Shown piece by piece: positions 18,271 to 28,117 of a stretch of DNA of 64,000 nucleotides. Below the pieces are notes generated by a model. That model was not told where the DNA came from and ran no database searches. It saw nothing but the letters and a program-made list of their open reading frames with translations. Position numbers and translations under genes: made by a program. How positions within the stretch are numbered: the stretch's first letter is position 1; each line of letters starts with the position of its first letter. Source of the DNA: Acutalibacteraceae bacterium (lineage in GTDB: Bacteria > Bacillota > Clostridia > Oscillospirales > Acutalibacteraceae); assembly GCA_045542015.1 (NCBI GenBank), contig JAZQKF010000079.1:1635-65634 (forward strand), read 5' to 3'.

Positions 18271-20748
18271 TTACGGCATATACGAATCCGCCAGCACCTC
18301 GCCGGTGACCGCGTCGATCTCCATTGTATAGTACAGCATCGAATTCCCAGGCTTGCCATCCAGCGTATCAACTTTACGATAACCCAACTTATAGCAGGGG
18401 TTCTCCGCGGTGGGACCCTCCATCACGTACACTGTGGCATAATAACCGTTCAGCATATCCGGCTCATCCAGATTAACGTTCCAACGCTCAACGGCAATCT
18501 TAATGGCTTCCTCCTCGCTGATATAGCCGTTGTTCAGCGGCGTCGAAGAAACCCGCGTCATAGTCTGAGCGGTTATTTGAGGTGGATAGGTCTCCATTGT
18601 CTGACCGTTAAAACCAATCTGATATTCTTCATTCAGTTGCGGGGTCAACTGTGGAGAAGCATTGTAACGCACCCACACCACGTCAAATTGTTCTTTGTTA
18701 TAACAGTTTAATAGCACGGCATCGTCCATCACATAAATGACCTTGCCGGTAATAGTACCACTCTGCGTTATGGCAGATGTGTCTTTCTTCGGCAGTTCTT
18801 CCTCCGGCGGTGCAGCCAAATCCTGTGCATACACGGTATCGCCCAGCACAGTACCATCATAAGAGGCCTTGAGCAATGCGCCAAGATAAGGCAAACCGCT
18901 ACCGTAAAGATTCTGGGTGTTAACGCGGATCTTTTTACCAACCAGCGTTGCATCGTCTGCCTGCACCACATCCAGCACATAGCACCGTGCGTTCTTATTC
19001 CACTCGGCAAAATAGCCGTAGAAAGTGTGAGTAGGTTTAATGGTGCTGCCACCATCAGCCAACAGAAAATCCCAACTACCCAACTGCTCTTCCGGCAGAA
19101 CGGCATACTGCTTGCCATCGTACAAATAACCGGAGTTGCCCCAAGCTTCCAAGGACACATAGTAGCGGGTGTTACCGTCAAGAGTGAAATAGGCATCGAA
19201 CAGTTGCTCAGCGGTAGAGGTGACATCGCTGCGCCACTCCAGTTCGCCTAAAAACTCTTTCAGCTTCTTTAAATTGTGCTTTTCCAGAGAACGGCCGCCG
19301 GAAACCTTGGAGGCCTCCTCATAAGGCATAGGGTGACTCAAGGTCTGCCAAGTGTTTTGTTTGGTGACCACCGCATCCGCGGCAGGCTCGTCATTCCGAC
19401 CAAAATGGGCTTTGGCGGCGGCGAGGGTCCGGGGCTGGTGGATGTCGTAATACTTCGCCGCGTCCACCTGTATACGATAAATGAAGGGGAATTTTTCCTT
19501 CATATCCGGCAGATAGTGCGTGCCGTCACCGGGGATCCAGTATTCCACCAAAGAATAGGCGCTCCCCTCCATATCCACCGTGATCGCCGCAGGGATGTGA
19601 CTGCCGCTCTGAACCTGCAGTTCTCCCAGGTCGTCCAGATAATACTCCTCGTACAGTACCATCGCGTACACGGTGAGCTTACCGTCCTTTTTTCTGGTAC
19701 CAAAAACCGTATGAGCCTCGGTGGGATAGGCATCGCCGGTGTGCTCTTCACTATAATTCTGCTCCAAAATCACGTGAGTCAAATACGCGTCCAGCTCATC
19801 CGACACGACCGGCTTAGGGTTGGTCAGCAGGCAGACGGCGGCAACGATGGTCGCCACCACCGCCACGATAATCAGCCAGAACGCCGGCTTTTTGTAATTG
19901 AGCACCGACTTAATGCGGCTCTTGACCCCCGTCTCGCCAAAAGCCAGAGGGCAGGCAGAGATCAAATGCCGCGGTGCACTGCACGCCAGCAAGGTCTCGG
20001 AATAGGCCTTGCGCAGGGGCACGTCCATATCCCGAATCACCCGCTGGTCGCAGGCAGCCTCAATATCCCGACACAGCAGGACGTAGCCCAGCCACAGCAG
20101 AGGATGAAACCAATACACGGTGAGTAGCAGGAAACCCAAGGGCTTCCACCAATGGTCGCGGCGGCGAATATGCGCCAGCTCGTGAGCCACCACGCTTAAG
20201 CGGTCGTCCTCCGACAGCGTGGTGGGCAAATAGATGCGGGGGCGGATGATGCCCAGAATAAACGGTGTGGCGATTCGGTCACACTGGAAAATATTATCCC
20301 GCAGGCGCACCGACTCCCGCACCCGCCGATGCAGGCGGACGGTGGAGATGATGGCGTACAGCGCCATCGCCGCCATACCCAGCACCCACAGATTGGCGGC
20401 AACAGCGGACACCACCTGCATGGGGTTGACGCTATCCATCGGCTGCGGTGCAAAGCTGTCGGAGAGCATCGGATTCACCACCCCATCCACCGCGGGCAAG
20501 CCGCTCTGGATGGTGGGGGTGTCGTACAAAAAGGTGTCCACCGGCACCGTCTGAGCACTGGGAATGACGCTGAGCACACTCTCGATGGACACAGGGAAAA
20601 TCAGCCGAAGTGCCACCATCACCCACAGCAGACAGTGGATCCACTTGGGGGCACGGCGGAACACCAGGCGCAGCAGCAGTACAGCCAGCACCAGCCAACC
20701 GGCGGTGATGCTCATATTCAAAAGATGTAAAAATACAGCCTCCATCAT
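18271..20748 (-). CDS. BlaR1/MecR1-type M56 metallopeptidase signal transducer with a non-PBP extracellular region
   Basis: HELAHIRRRDHWWK zinc motif in the TM region. The long C-terminal ectodomain ends in DUF3221-like and PepSY-like modules. The start overlaps the blaI-like stop. Confidence 0.85.
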   Translation of the reverse strand: MMEAVFLHLLNMSITAGWLVLAVLLLRLVFRRAPKWIHCLLWVMVALRLIFPVSIESVLSVIPSAQTVPVDTFLYDTPTIQSGLPAVDGVVNPMLSDSFAPQPMDSVNPMQVVSAVAANLWVLGMAAMALYAIISTVRLHRRVRESVRLRDNIFQCDRIATPFILGIIRPRIYLPTTLSEDDRLSVVAHELAHIRRRDHWWKPLGFLLLTVYWFHPLLWLGYVLLCRDIEAACDQRVIRDMDVPLRKAYSETLLACSAPRHLISACPLAFGETGVKSRIKSVLNYKKPAFWLIIVAVVATIVAAVCLLTNPKPVVSDELDAYLTHVILEQNYSEEHTGDAYPTEAHTVFGTRKKDGKLTVYAMVLYEEYYLDDLGELQVQSGSHIPAAITVDMEGSAYSLVEYWIPGDGTHYLPDMKEKFPFIYRIQVDAAKYYDIHQPRTLAAAKAHFGRNDEPAADAVVTKQNTWQTLSHPMPYEEASKVSGGRSLEKHNLKKLKEFLGELEWRSDVTSTAEQLFDAYFTLDGNTRYYVSLEAWGNSGYLYDGKQYAVLPEEQLGSWDFLLADGGSTIKPTHTFYGYFAEWNKNARCYVLDVVQADDATLVGKKIRVNTQNLYGSGLPYLGALLKASYDGTVLGDTVYAQDLAAPPEEELPKKDTSAITQSGTITGKVIYVMDDAVLLNCYNKEQFDVVWVRYNASPQLTPQLNEEYQIGFNGQTMETYPPQITAQTMTRVSSTPLNNGYISEEEAIKIAVERWNVNLDEPDMLNGYYATVYVMEGPTAENPCYKLGYRKVDTLDGKPGNSMLYYTMEIDAVTGEVLADSYMP

Positions 20749-21110
20749 CAACCCTCCTCGTAGGTATCTATCAGGCGGCGAATCTCAGCCACCTCATCGG
20801 CGGTGAGATTCTTGCGGGCGGTAAAGGCCGCCAAAAATGCGGGCAAAGAGCCGGAGAAGGACTCCTCTACGAATTGCTCGCTACGGCGGGCATAAAACTC
20901 GTCACGGGAGAGACAGGCGGTCACCACGCCCCCCTCGTTTTTGAATATACCGCGGTCGGACAGCCGACCCAGCACGGTATAGGTGGTGGTGCGCTTCCAC
21001 TCCAGCTCGGTCTCGCACCGCTTCACCAGCTCCTTGGTGGTGATGGGCTGGTGCTGCCAGATGATGTCCGCAAAGCGGGATTCCACCGCGCCCAATGTCC
21101 ACTCTGCCAT
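20748..21110 (-). CDS. BlaI/MecI/CopY family transcriptional repressor
   Basis: Winged-helix region ITTKELVKRCETELEWKRTTTYTVLGRLSDRG. ATG at 21110 after AAGGAGG. Confidence 0.9.
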   Translation of the reverse strand: MAEWTLGAVESRFADIIWQHQPITTKELVKRCETELEWKRTTTYTVLGRLSDRGIFKNEGGVVTACLSRDEFYARRSEQFVEESFSGSLPAFLAAFTARKNLTADEVAEIRRLIDTYEEG

Positions 21111-21135
21111 ACTCTTACCTCCTTTATGATCGTTC

Positions 21136-21181
21136 GGTTGTCTACAACCTGTCGTCAACATTAGTCTACACCGTGTAGACT
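21136..21181 (-). promoter_or_regulatory. putative BlaI-type operators (TACA/TGTA dyads)
   Basis: GGTTGTCTACAACC (21136-21149) and AGTCTACAccgTGTAGACT (21163-21181), 26-71 nt upstream of the repressor start. Confidence 0.5.
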
Positions 21182-21202
21182 CGTTTGTCAAGAGGAATTT
21201 GC

Positions 21203-21238
21203 AAAAAAATCACCCCCGAACACTCGGAGGTGATTTTT
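21203..21238 (-). terminator. intrinsic terminator
   Basis: Hairpin ATCACCTCCGAGTGTTCGGGGGTGAT followed by TTTTTTT on the minus strand, after the 21240 gene. Confidence 0.7.
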
Positions 21239-21239
21239 A

Positions 21240-21593
21240 TCATTGTTTATCCATTCTGACAGCGGTGATGCGGGGCGGTAGCGAAGGCATCACGAGATCC
21301 TCGTGATAGACCACGTACTCCTCCCCCACCCGTGGGGTGACGGCGGCGGGGACGTGGACCCACACGGTATCAAAACGATCCGAATCAAGACATTTCATCA
21401 GCACGCTGTCGCCGTCCGTTTTCAGCACCTTACCGGTGAAATGAAGCGCGTCCGGTAGAGGTGCTTCCTCGGTGGTTGTGGTGGTGGTCTGTGGCGGTTG
21501 ATCATCGGGGCGATGCTTCGGTAAAATGATCGCCAGACAAACCACCGCCACCAAAATCATTACGGCAACGCCGATTATCCATCCTTTTCGCAT
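21240..21593 (-). CDS. small N-terminally anchored DUF3221-like protein
   Basis: One TM helix (IIGVAVMILVAVVCLAIIL), a poly-T linker, then a beta-rich module homologous to BlaR1-like residues encoded at 18550-18750. Confidence 0.6.
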   Translation of the reverse strand: MRKGWIIGVAVMILVAVVCLAIILPKHRPDDQPPQTTTTTTEEAPLPDALHFTGKVLKTDGDSVLMKCLDSDRFDTVWVHVPAAVTPRVGEEYVVYHEDLVMPSLPPRITAVRMDKQ

Positions 21594-21608
21594 ATACGTC
21601 CTCCTACA

Positions 21609-21636
21609 GAAAAACCTCTGTCCGTCGGGACAGAGG
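21609..21636 (-). terminator. intrinsic terminator
   Basis: Hairpin CCTCTGTCC-CGAC-GGACAGAGG followed by TTTTT on the minus strand. Confidence 0.7.
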
Positions 21637-21644
21637 CCTTTTTC

Positions 21645-22286
21645 TTACAGCTTGGAATAGCCGTGTCCGTTGATCAGGGCATCCAGTTTAACCCCCGCCT
21701 TACACTGGGGGCACTCGTGTGCCACGTAGCTGGCGTAATCCGGCAGATTCTGGGGATTGAAGCAGGAGCGGACGGTGTGACCGCCCACCGAATCGGTGGT
21801 GGCGAAGATGGAGGCAACACCCACCACATGACCACCGTAGTAATCCACCGCCTGAATGGCGCCCAGCGCGGTATAGCCGGTGGTGACCGACGCGGCCAGA
21901 ATCAGCACGTGCTTGCCCGCCACCATGGGGACCAGGTTATCACGGAGCAGCAGCTGACTGCCGGCGGTGTGCTCGGGGGTTATTACGTAAATGGTCTGGT
22001 GCGCATTCATATTCACCAGGCCCTCCTTGGTCAGCTCCCGCGCCAGGCAGGTGGCGATGACCTCGGTGCCGTCCAGGCACAGAATCGTATCCACGATGGT
22101 GGTGCTGTCGTAATAGTGCAGCAGCTCCTGTGCCACCGCCTTGGCCTCGGACAGACGGGTCTTCTGGCTAGTGACGTCAATATAATAATTGGTATGGCTA
22201 TGGCTGGTGGCAAAATGTCCCTGGGTCACGCGCAGGAACAGATTCTGACGCTTTGAGGGGATCTTAAAGGTTTTTCCGGTCGGCAT
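21645..22286 (-). CDS. phosphoribosyltransferase (type I PRTase) family protein
   Basis: PRPP loop VLILAASVTTGYT, a C-terminal CPQC motif, 213 aa. Confidence 0.7.
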   Translation of the reverse strand: MPTGKTFKIPSKRQNLFLRVTQGHFATSHSHTNYYIDVTSQKTRLSEAKAVAQELLHYYDSTTIVDTILCLDGTEVIATCLARELTKEGLVNMNAHQTIYVITPEHTAGSQLLLRDNLVPMVAGKHVLILAASVTTGYTALGAIQAVDYYGGHVVGVASIFATTDSVGGHTVRSCFNPQNLPDYASYVAHECPQCKAGVKLDALINGHGYSKL

Positions 22287-22428
22287 AGGTTGACCTCCTT
22301 GTTGTTGATGTAATTATTTTACATCATTCTCGCCCAATTGACAAGAGGAAATTGCAAGATTGTCCCACAACCCGTTTACTGATATTCGCCACCGCCGCAT
22401 CATATACTCCCCCTGGGAGGTGTGTAAC

Positions 22429-23922
22429 GTGGCTTTGCTGAATTGGCTCGTCGAGGTGAACGAGCGTATCAACCACGTCGTGTGGATGTGGTTGGGGCTG
22501 ACGCTGTTGCTGATCACCGGCGTGTGGATGTCCCTGCGGACCGGATTCTTCCAGGTACGGTATGGACGGCATTGGCTGGGGCAGACGCTGGGGCAGCTGC
22601 GCAGGCGCAGGGACGCCGACAACGGATCCATATCCCCCTTTCAGGCGCTGTGCACCACGCTGGCGGCCAGCATTGGAGTGGGCAACATCGCCGGCGTTGC
22701 CACCGCCATCGTCATCGGCGGTCCGGGATCCGTCTTCTGGATGTGGGTGGCGGCACTGCTGGGTATGATGACCGGCTATGCAGAGAGCGTACTGGGCATC
22801 TACTACCGCCGCCGCGGGAAGGACGGATGGCTGGGCGGAGCTATGTATTACATACGGGACGGACTCAAGGGCACGGTGGGGCGCGTGACAGCGACGTTGT
22901 TCGCCGCCTTTATGGCGCTGGCTTCCTTCGGTATCGGCAATATGGCGCAGGTAAACGCTATCGCCACCCATTTGCAGCTGGTGTTCCCCTCTCCTGCCCT
23001 ATCGGAGATAACCGTATTGGGTGACGTTTCCCTCTATGGGCTACTGGTGGGACTACTGCTCACAGCGGTGGTGAGCGGTATACTGCGGGGCGGGCTACAG
23101 CGCACCGCGCGGGTGGCCGAGGTTGTCGTGCCGCCTATGGTCATCGTGTTCACCCTGGGGTCGCTGGCGGTCATCGGCATCCATCATCATCGCATCGACG
23201 ACGCCGTCTCCGCCATCTTCCGCTACGCCTTTTCCCCCGACGCGGTGTGGGGCGCCGGCGGCGGCATCGCTCTCAAGCAGGTGATCACCTGCGGATTCAA
23301 ACGGGGTACCTTCTCCAACGAGGCGGGCATGGGCTCCTCGGTGGCGGTGCACGCCAACGCCCACGTGACCGAGCCGGTACAGCAAGGAATGTGGAGCATC
23401 TTCCAGGTGTTTGTGGACACCATTGTGATGTGCACCGTTACGGCGCTGGTGGTATTGGTGGGCGGCGACATTGACCTGACCGACGGCTCTATGCTGACGG
23501 ATGCGCCGCCCGAAACACTGGTATCCCAGGCGTTCGGTGCCGCCTTCGGCTCTGTAGGCGAAGGCTTCGTCGCCCTGGCGGTGGTGATCTTTGCCTTTAC
23601 CACCATACTGGGCTGGTCCCAGTACGGAGCTACAGCCGCCGCCTATCTGGGTGAAATACCGCGCCGACTGTATCGACCGCTGTTTCTGTCCATCATCCCG
23701 CTGGGTGCGGTCATCAGCGGCGACGTGGCCTTTTCTCTGTGTGATACCTTCAATGGACTGATGATGCTGCCCAACCTCGTAACATTACTGTATTTGAGCG
23801 GCACCGTCAAGCAGGTTACCGACAACTATATCCGCCGCCGCATACGCCGCGAGCCGATAGCGCCGATGATATCCTATCACCCCCGTATTCAGCGGCAAAT
23901 GATGCACGACGATACTGCGTAA
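22429..23922 (+). CDS. alanine/glycine:cation symporter (AGCS) family protein
   Basis: SPFQALCTTLAASIGVGNIAGVATAI and GGPGSVFWMW signatures. GTG at 22429 after GGGAGG is preferred over the track start at 22360. Confidence 0.88.
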   Translation: MALLNWLVEVNERINHVVWMWLGLTLLLITGVWMSLRTGFFQVRYGRHWLGQTLGQLRRRRDADNGSISPFQALCTTLAASIGVGNIAGVATAIVIGGPGSVFWMWVAALLGMMTGYAESVLGIYYRRRGKDGWLGGAMYYIRDGLKGTVGRVTATLFAAFMALASFGIGNMAQVNAIATHLQLVFPSPALSEITVLGDVSLYGLLVGLLLTAVVSGILRGGLQRTARVAEVVVPPMVIVFTLGSLAVIGIHHHRIDDAVSAIFRYAFSPDAVWGAGGGIALKQVITCGFKRGTFSNEAGMGSSVAVHANAHVTEPVQQGMWSIFQVFVDTIVMCTVTALVVLVGGDIDLTDGSMLTDAPPETLVSQAFGAAFGSVGEGFVALAVVIFAFTTILGWSQYGATAAAYLGEIPRRLYRPLFLSIIPLGAVISGDVAFSLCDTFNGLMMLPNLVTLLYLSGTVKQVTDNYIRRRIRREPIAPMISYHPRIQRQMMHDDTA

Positions 23923-23941
23923 TATCTGCATATCGACAGAG

Positions 23942-23975
23942 AAAAGCCCCCGACACCAACGTGTCGGGGGCTTTG
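23942..23975. terminator. bidirectional intrinsic terminator
   Basis: Hairpin AGCCCCCGACAC-CAAC-GTGTCGGGGGCT between convergent genes. Confidence 0.75.
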
Positions 23976-24002
23976 TTAGGTTAGGCTATATCCGTGCAGA
24001 AA

Positions 24003-25778
24003 TTACTCCTTAACAGAGGCGTACATGAAGTACTTGAAGCCCAGAGGAGAGGCAAAGAAGCCGTCGATCTTGGGACTGCACATATAGATATCGGTGTAGT
24101 AGTAGATGGGGCAGATAGCACCGGTCTCCATCAGGATATCCTCAGCGTCGTGCATCAGCTCGAAGCGCTTGGCAGGATCGGAAGAGGTCTTAACCTCGTT
24201 GATGATGGCGTCGTAGGAATCGGCCCAAGTCTTACCGTTGTAGCCGGCGTAATCAGCGTGAGCGCCCTTACCGAACTGGCAATCGTTGTTACCGGAAGCG
24301 GTCAGCCACATATCCAAGAAGGAGATGGGATCGTTGTAGTCACCCAGCCAGCCGTTACGGGCAACGGAGTAGTCGCCGTTCTTACGGGTGTTCAGGAAGG
24401 TAGCCCACTCCTGAACCTCAACCTTAACGGTGATGCCGTACTGGCCCCAAACCTGCTGCAGGTAAGCAGCGATGGCCTCGTGGCCGGAACCGTCGTTGGT
24501 CAGGTAGGTCAGAGTCGGGAAACCGGAAACCTTACCGTCAGCGATGGTGAACTTCTTAGAAGACTCGGCAACCTCGGTCAGCAGCTTAACAGCCTCATCG
24601 CAGTTGGCCTTGTAATCCTCAGCGGCAACACTGTAATAACCCTTACCGTCACGGTCGGGACCGTTCTTATCGATGAACTCCTTGCCATCGGGCTCGGTCA
24701 GACCCATAGCCACGAAACCGGCGGCGGGAACTTGACCGGCCTGACCGATGTCGGTGCAGATGTAGTTACGGTCGATGGTCAGACCCAGAGCCTTACGGAT
24801 CTTAACGCGCTCCGCCTCGGTGAAGTCCTTCAGGGCCTCATCGTTCACGTTAAAGGAGACGTAGTAGGTGCCCAGCTGGCCGGCTACGTAGAACTCATCC
24901 TTGTAGTCGCCGGTCTGCAGAGAGGCAATCTCATTGTTGGGAACGGAGTCGATGAACAGGTAGGAACCGTTCTGATAGTTCACCAGCAGAGAGTTATCGT
25001 CGTCGTTGAAAGCGAAGGTCAGCTTGTCGGACACAACGCGGTCAGCGTCGTAGTAGTTCTCGTTCTTCTCCATGACCAGCTCGGTCTCGGTGAAAGAAGT
25101 TACCTTGTAGGGGCCGTTGCCGATGTAGGTGTCAGCCTTGGTAGCCCAAGCATCGCCGTACTCCTCGATCAGATCCTTACGGACGGGCATATAGGCGGGG
25201 AAAGCACACAGCTCGGTGAAGTAAGGAACGTCAACGGGCAGAACCACGGTCAGGGTCTTGCCATCGTCGGAAGCGGTCACGTTCAGCTTAGCGTCGGGGT
25301 TGACCAGCTCTTCCTTGTCGTTCATCTCGGTCATAGCAGCATAACCGTCGATGCAGTCGAACATATAGCCGTAGTCAGCGGCGGTAGCGGGAGAAGCGGC
25401 ACGGTTCCAAGCGTACACGAAGTCGGCAGCGGTCAGATCGGTGCCGTCGGACCATTTCAGGCCGTCACGCAGGGTGAAGGTGTAAACGGTCTTGCCGTCA
25501 GCCTCGGACTTAACGGGCATCTCAGCGGCGCACTGGGGAACCAGCACCAGCTTACCGGACTCGTCCTGCTCCCAACCGATCAGACCGGCAAAAGCGTGAA
25601 CGATGTAAGTAGCGCCATCAACGGCGGAGTTCAGAGCGGGGTCAACCGTGTCAGGCTTAGCACCCACGTTCAGAGTCATATTCGCCGTGGCGGCGGGTTT
25701 GTCACCGCACGCGGTAAAGGCCAGCGTGCAGCCGAGCAGCATTGCTACAGCAAGCAAGATACTCAATGTCTTCTTCAT
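24003..25778 (-). CDS. oppA: ABC transporter substrate-binding lipoprotein, peptide/nickel family 5 (OppA-like)
   Basis: Lipobox LAFTACG. 591-aa family-5 SBP pattern. RBS AAAGGAGG. Confidence 0.88.
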   Translation of the reverse strand: MKKTLSILLAVAMLLGCTLAFTACGDKPAATANMTLNVGAKPDTVDPALNSAVDGATYIVHAFAGLIGWEQDESGKLVLVPQCAAEMPVKSEADGKTVYTFTLRDGLKWSDGTDLTAADFVYAWNRAASPATAADYGYMFDCIDGYAAMTEMNDKEELVNPDAKLNVTASDDGKTLTVVLPVDVPYFTELCAFPAYMPVRKDLIEEYGDAWATKADTYIGNGPYKVTSFTETELVMEKNENYYDADRVVSDKLTFAFNDDDNSLLVNYQNGSYLFIDSVPNNEIASLQTGDYKDEFYVAGQLGTYYVSFNVNDEALKDFTEAERVKIRKALGLTIDRNYICTDIGQAGQVPAAGFVAMGLTEPDGKEFIDKNGPDRDGKGYYSVAAEDYKANCDEAVKLLTEVAESSKKFTIADGKVSGFPTLTYLTNDGSGHEAIAAYLQQVWGQYGITVKVEVQEWATFLNTRKNGDYSVARNGWLGDYNDPISFLDMWLTASGNNDCQFGKGAHADYAGYNGKTWADSYDAIINEVKTSSDPAKRFELMHDAEDILMETGAICPIYYYTDIYMCSPKIDGFFASPLGFKYFMYASVKE

Positions 25779-26121
25779 AATGAAATCCTCCTTTTAATTA
25801 TAATCACACACGCTCGGGGCGTGTACAATCCTAGGGTAGAGTGATAAATACGAACTCCGTTTTAGAAAGACGGATTTTCGCTCTATCTTCGTTAAAATAC
25901 TCGCAAATGCATACAGCATTTGCTCCGTTTTATGCCTTAATAGAACAAAAATCCCCTCTTTCTAAAATCTGCGACCTGAAAGCGAGCAGATTTTGTGTGA
26001 TTTTTATTCTATTTGGGTGAAGAAAGGCTATCCGCCTTTCAAGAGCAAATAGGGTAAAAAGCGCCAAAATCCGCCGCTTTAAGGCGGGTTCGGATTTGTC
26101 GCTCTACCCTCGTTTCGCCTA

Positions 26122-27087
26122 TCACAGATTATGACAGGCAACGAACCGTCCGGGCTGAACCTCTTTCAGCTCCGGCATCGACTGAGCGCAGGCCTCGGTA
26201 GCACGAGGACAGCGGGTGCGGAAAGGACAACCGCTGGGCATGTGCAACGGACTGGGGACGTCCCCCTGCAGCAACACGCGTTGGTTGGCACGAGCTACCA
26301 CCGGATCCGGTACCGGCACCGCCGACAACAAGGAAATGGTGTAGGGGTGCAAGGGATTATGGTACAGGTCGTTAGAGGGGCCGATCTCAATCAGCTTACC
26401 CAGATACATGACCGCGATGCGGGTGGAAATATGCTTAACCACCAACAAATCGTGGGCAATGAACAGATAGGTCAGACCCAGCTTCTTTTGCAGGTCCTCA
26501 AACATATTCACCACCTGCGCCTGAATGGACACATCCAGTGCCGAAACCGGCTCGTCACAGACGATGAACTTGGGGTCTACCGCCAGAGCTCGCGCAATAC
26601 CGATACGCTGACGCTGACCGCCGGAAAACTCGTGGGCATAGCGGGCGGCGTGTTCACTGTTCAGTCCCACCAGATCCATCAAGTACAGAATCTTTTCCAT
26701 TCTCTCTTTGCGGTTGGAGTAGAGTTTGTGAACATCCAGCGGCTCGCCGATGATGTCGCTGACCGTCATACGGGGATCCAGCGATGAATAGGGGTCTTGG
26801 AACACCATCTGCGCCTGCTTTCGGAACTCGCTGATGGACTTTTTGTCCTTAATCAACTGTCCGTCAAACCAAACCTCACCGGCGGTGGGTTTATACAGGT
26901 GCAACAGGGTGCGTCCCACGGTGGTCTTTCCACAACCGGATTCACCCACCAGACCCAGGGTTTCGCCCTCCTTAATGTTAAAGGAAACGTCATCCACTGC
27001 CTTTAACTTCAGGGTACGCATAAACCCGTTGGGTACGTCAAAATGCTGTTTTAGGTTCTTTACTTCGAGAAGATTCTTGTCACTCAT
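26122..27087 (-). CDS. oppF: oligopeptide ABC transporter ATP-binding protein
   Basis: Walker [10 protein letters not shown], signature FSGGQRQR, and the C-terminal oligopeptide/dipeptide Cys motif. Confidence 0.92.
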   Translation of the reverse strand: MSDKNLLEVKNLKQHFDVPNGFMRTLKLKAVDDVSFNIKEGETLGLVGESGCGKTTVGRTLLHLYKPTAGEVWFDGQLIKDKKSISEFRKQAQMVFQDPYSSLDPRMTVSDIIGEPLDVHKLYSNRKERMEKILYLMDLVGLNSEHAARYAHEFSGGQRQRIGIARALAVDPKFIVCDEPVSALDVSIQAQVVNMFEDLQKKLGLTYLFIAHDLLVVKHISTRIAVMYLGKLIEIGPSNDLYHNPLHPYTISLLSAVPVPDPVVARANQRVLLQGDVPSPLHMPSGCPFRTRCPRATEACAQSMPELKEVQPGRFVACHNL

Positions 27088-28102
27088 CTTGATACATCTC
27101 CTCTACTTCTTTTTGGGTCAGGGCGCCGGCCTCAATGGCATCTTTTACATTGTGCCAACAACGGGAAATATGGTACTCGTTGATGCGCAACTCCTTTGCC
27201 TTATGGCACAGGCACACCTTCATCGCCGCGTCGCAACGGGGAGAGAAGGGGCAGCCGTCCGGCATATTCAGCAGGTCCACCGGCGTGCCGCCGATAGGCT
27301 CCAGTCGCCGTCCGTCATCACTGACGCTGGGAATGGACCGCATCAGGCCTTTGGTGTACTCGTGCTTGGGATTGTAGAAAATCTCGTCAGCGGTACCGCG
27401 CTCGCACACCTCGCCGGCGTACATAACGATAACCTCGTCGCACATCTCCGCCACGACACCCAGATCGTGGGTGATGAGGATCACCGACATACCCAACTGC
27501 TTCTGCAGGTCTTTAATCAGATCCAAAATCTGTGCCTGAATGGTCACGTCCAAAGCGGTGGTGGGCTCGTCAGCAATGAGGATGTCCGGCTCACAGGCCA
27601 GCGCCATAGCAATCATCACACGCTGACGCATACCGCCGGAAAACTCGTGGGGGTACTGCTTAATACGTTTTTCGGGTTCGTTGACACCCACCAGCTGAAG
27701 CATCTCAATGGCGCGGGCCTGAGCCTGCTCACGGTTGCGGTCGGTGTGCAGCAGGATCGCCTCCATCAGCTGATCACCGATGGTGAACACCGGATTCAGA
27801 CTGGTCATGGGATCCTGAAAAATAATGCTGATCTTGTTGCCGCGAATCTTGGCCATTTCTTCTTTGGAAGCGCCTACCAATTCCTGTCCACGGTAGAGGA
27901 TGCTACCGGAGACGATGCGGCCTGGGTTGGCAAGAATCTGCAGAATAGAGTAGGCGGTCACGCTCTTGCCTGAGCCGGACTCACCCACAATACCCAGCAC
28001 CTTACCTTCATCCAGCGAGAAGGACAGGCCGTTAACCGCCTTAACCTCGCCGGCGGGGGTAAAGAAGGAGGTGTGCAGATTAGACACTTTTAACAGTTCC
28101 AT
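27080..28102 (-). CDS. oppD: oligopeptide ABC transporter ATP-binding protein
   Basis: Walker [10 protein letters not shown], signature [11 protein letters not shown] at 28102 (MELLKVSNL) 10 nt after AGGAGG. Confidence 0.92.
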   Translation of the reverse strand: MELLKVSNLHTSFFTPAGEVKAVNGLSFSLDEGKVLGIVGESGSGKSVTAYSILQILANPGRIVSGSILYRGQELVGASKEEMAKIRGNKISIIFQDPMTSLNPVFTIGDQLMEAILLHTDRNREQAQARAIEMLQLVGVNEPEKRIKQYPHEFSGGMRQRVMIAMALACEPDILIADEPTTALDVTIQAQILDLIKDLQKQLGMSVILITHDLGVVAEMCDEVIVMYAGEVCERGTADEIFYNPKHEYTKGLMRSIPSVSDDGRRLEPIGGTPVDLLNMPDGCPFSPRCDAAMKVCLCHKAKELRINEYHISRCWHNVKDAIEAGALTQKEVEEMYQDE

Positions 28103-28117
28103 AAACGTCACTCCTCC

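Noticed and set aside
18271-21110. BlaI/BlaR1 pair as a beta-lactam resistance determinant.
   Set aside because: No beta-lactamase or PBP2a gene is linked, and the sensor ectodomain does not look like a penicillin-binding domain. I annotated it as a generic M56/BlaI signalling pair.
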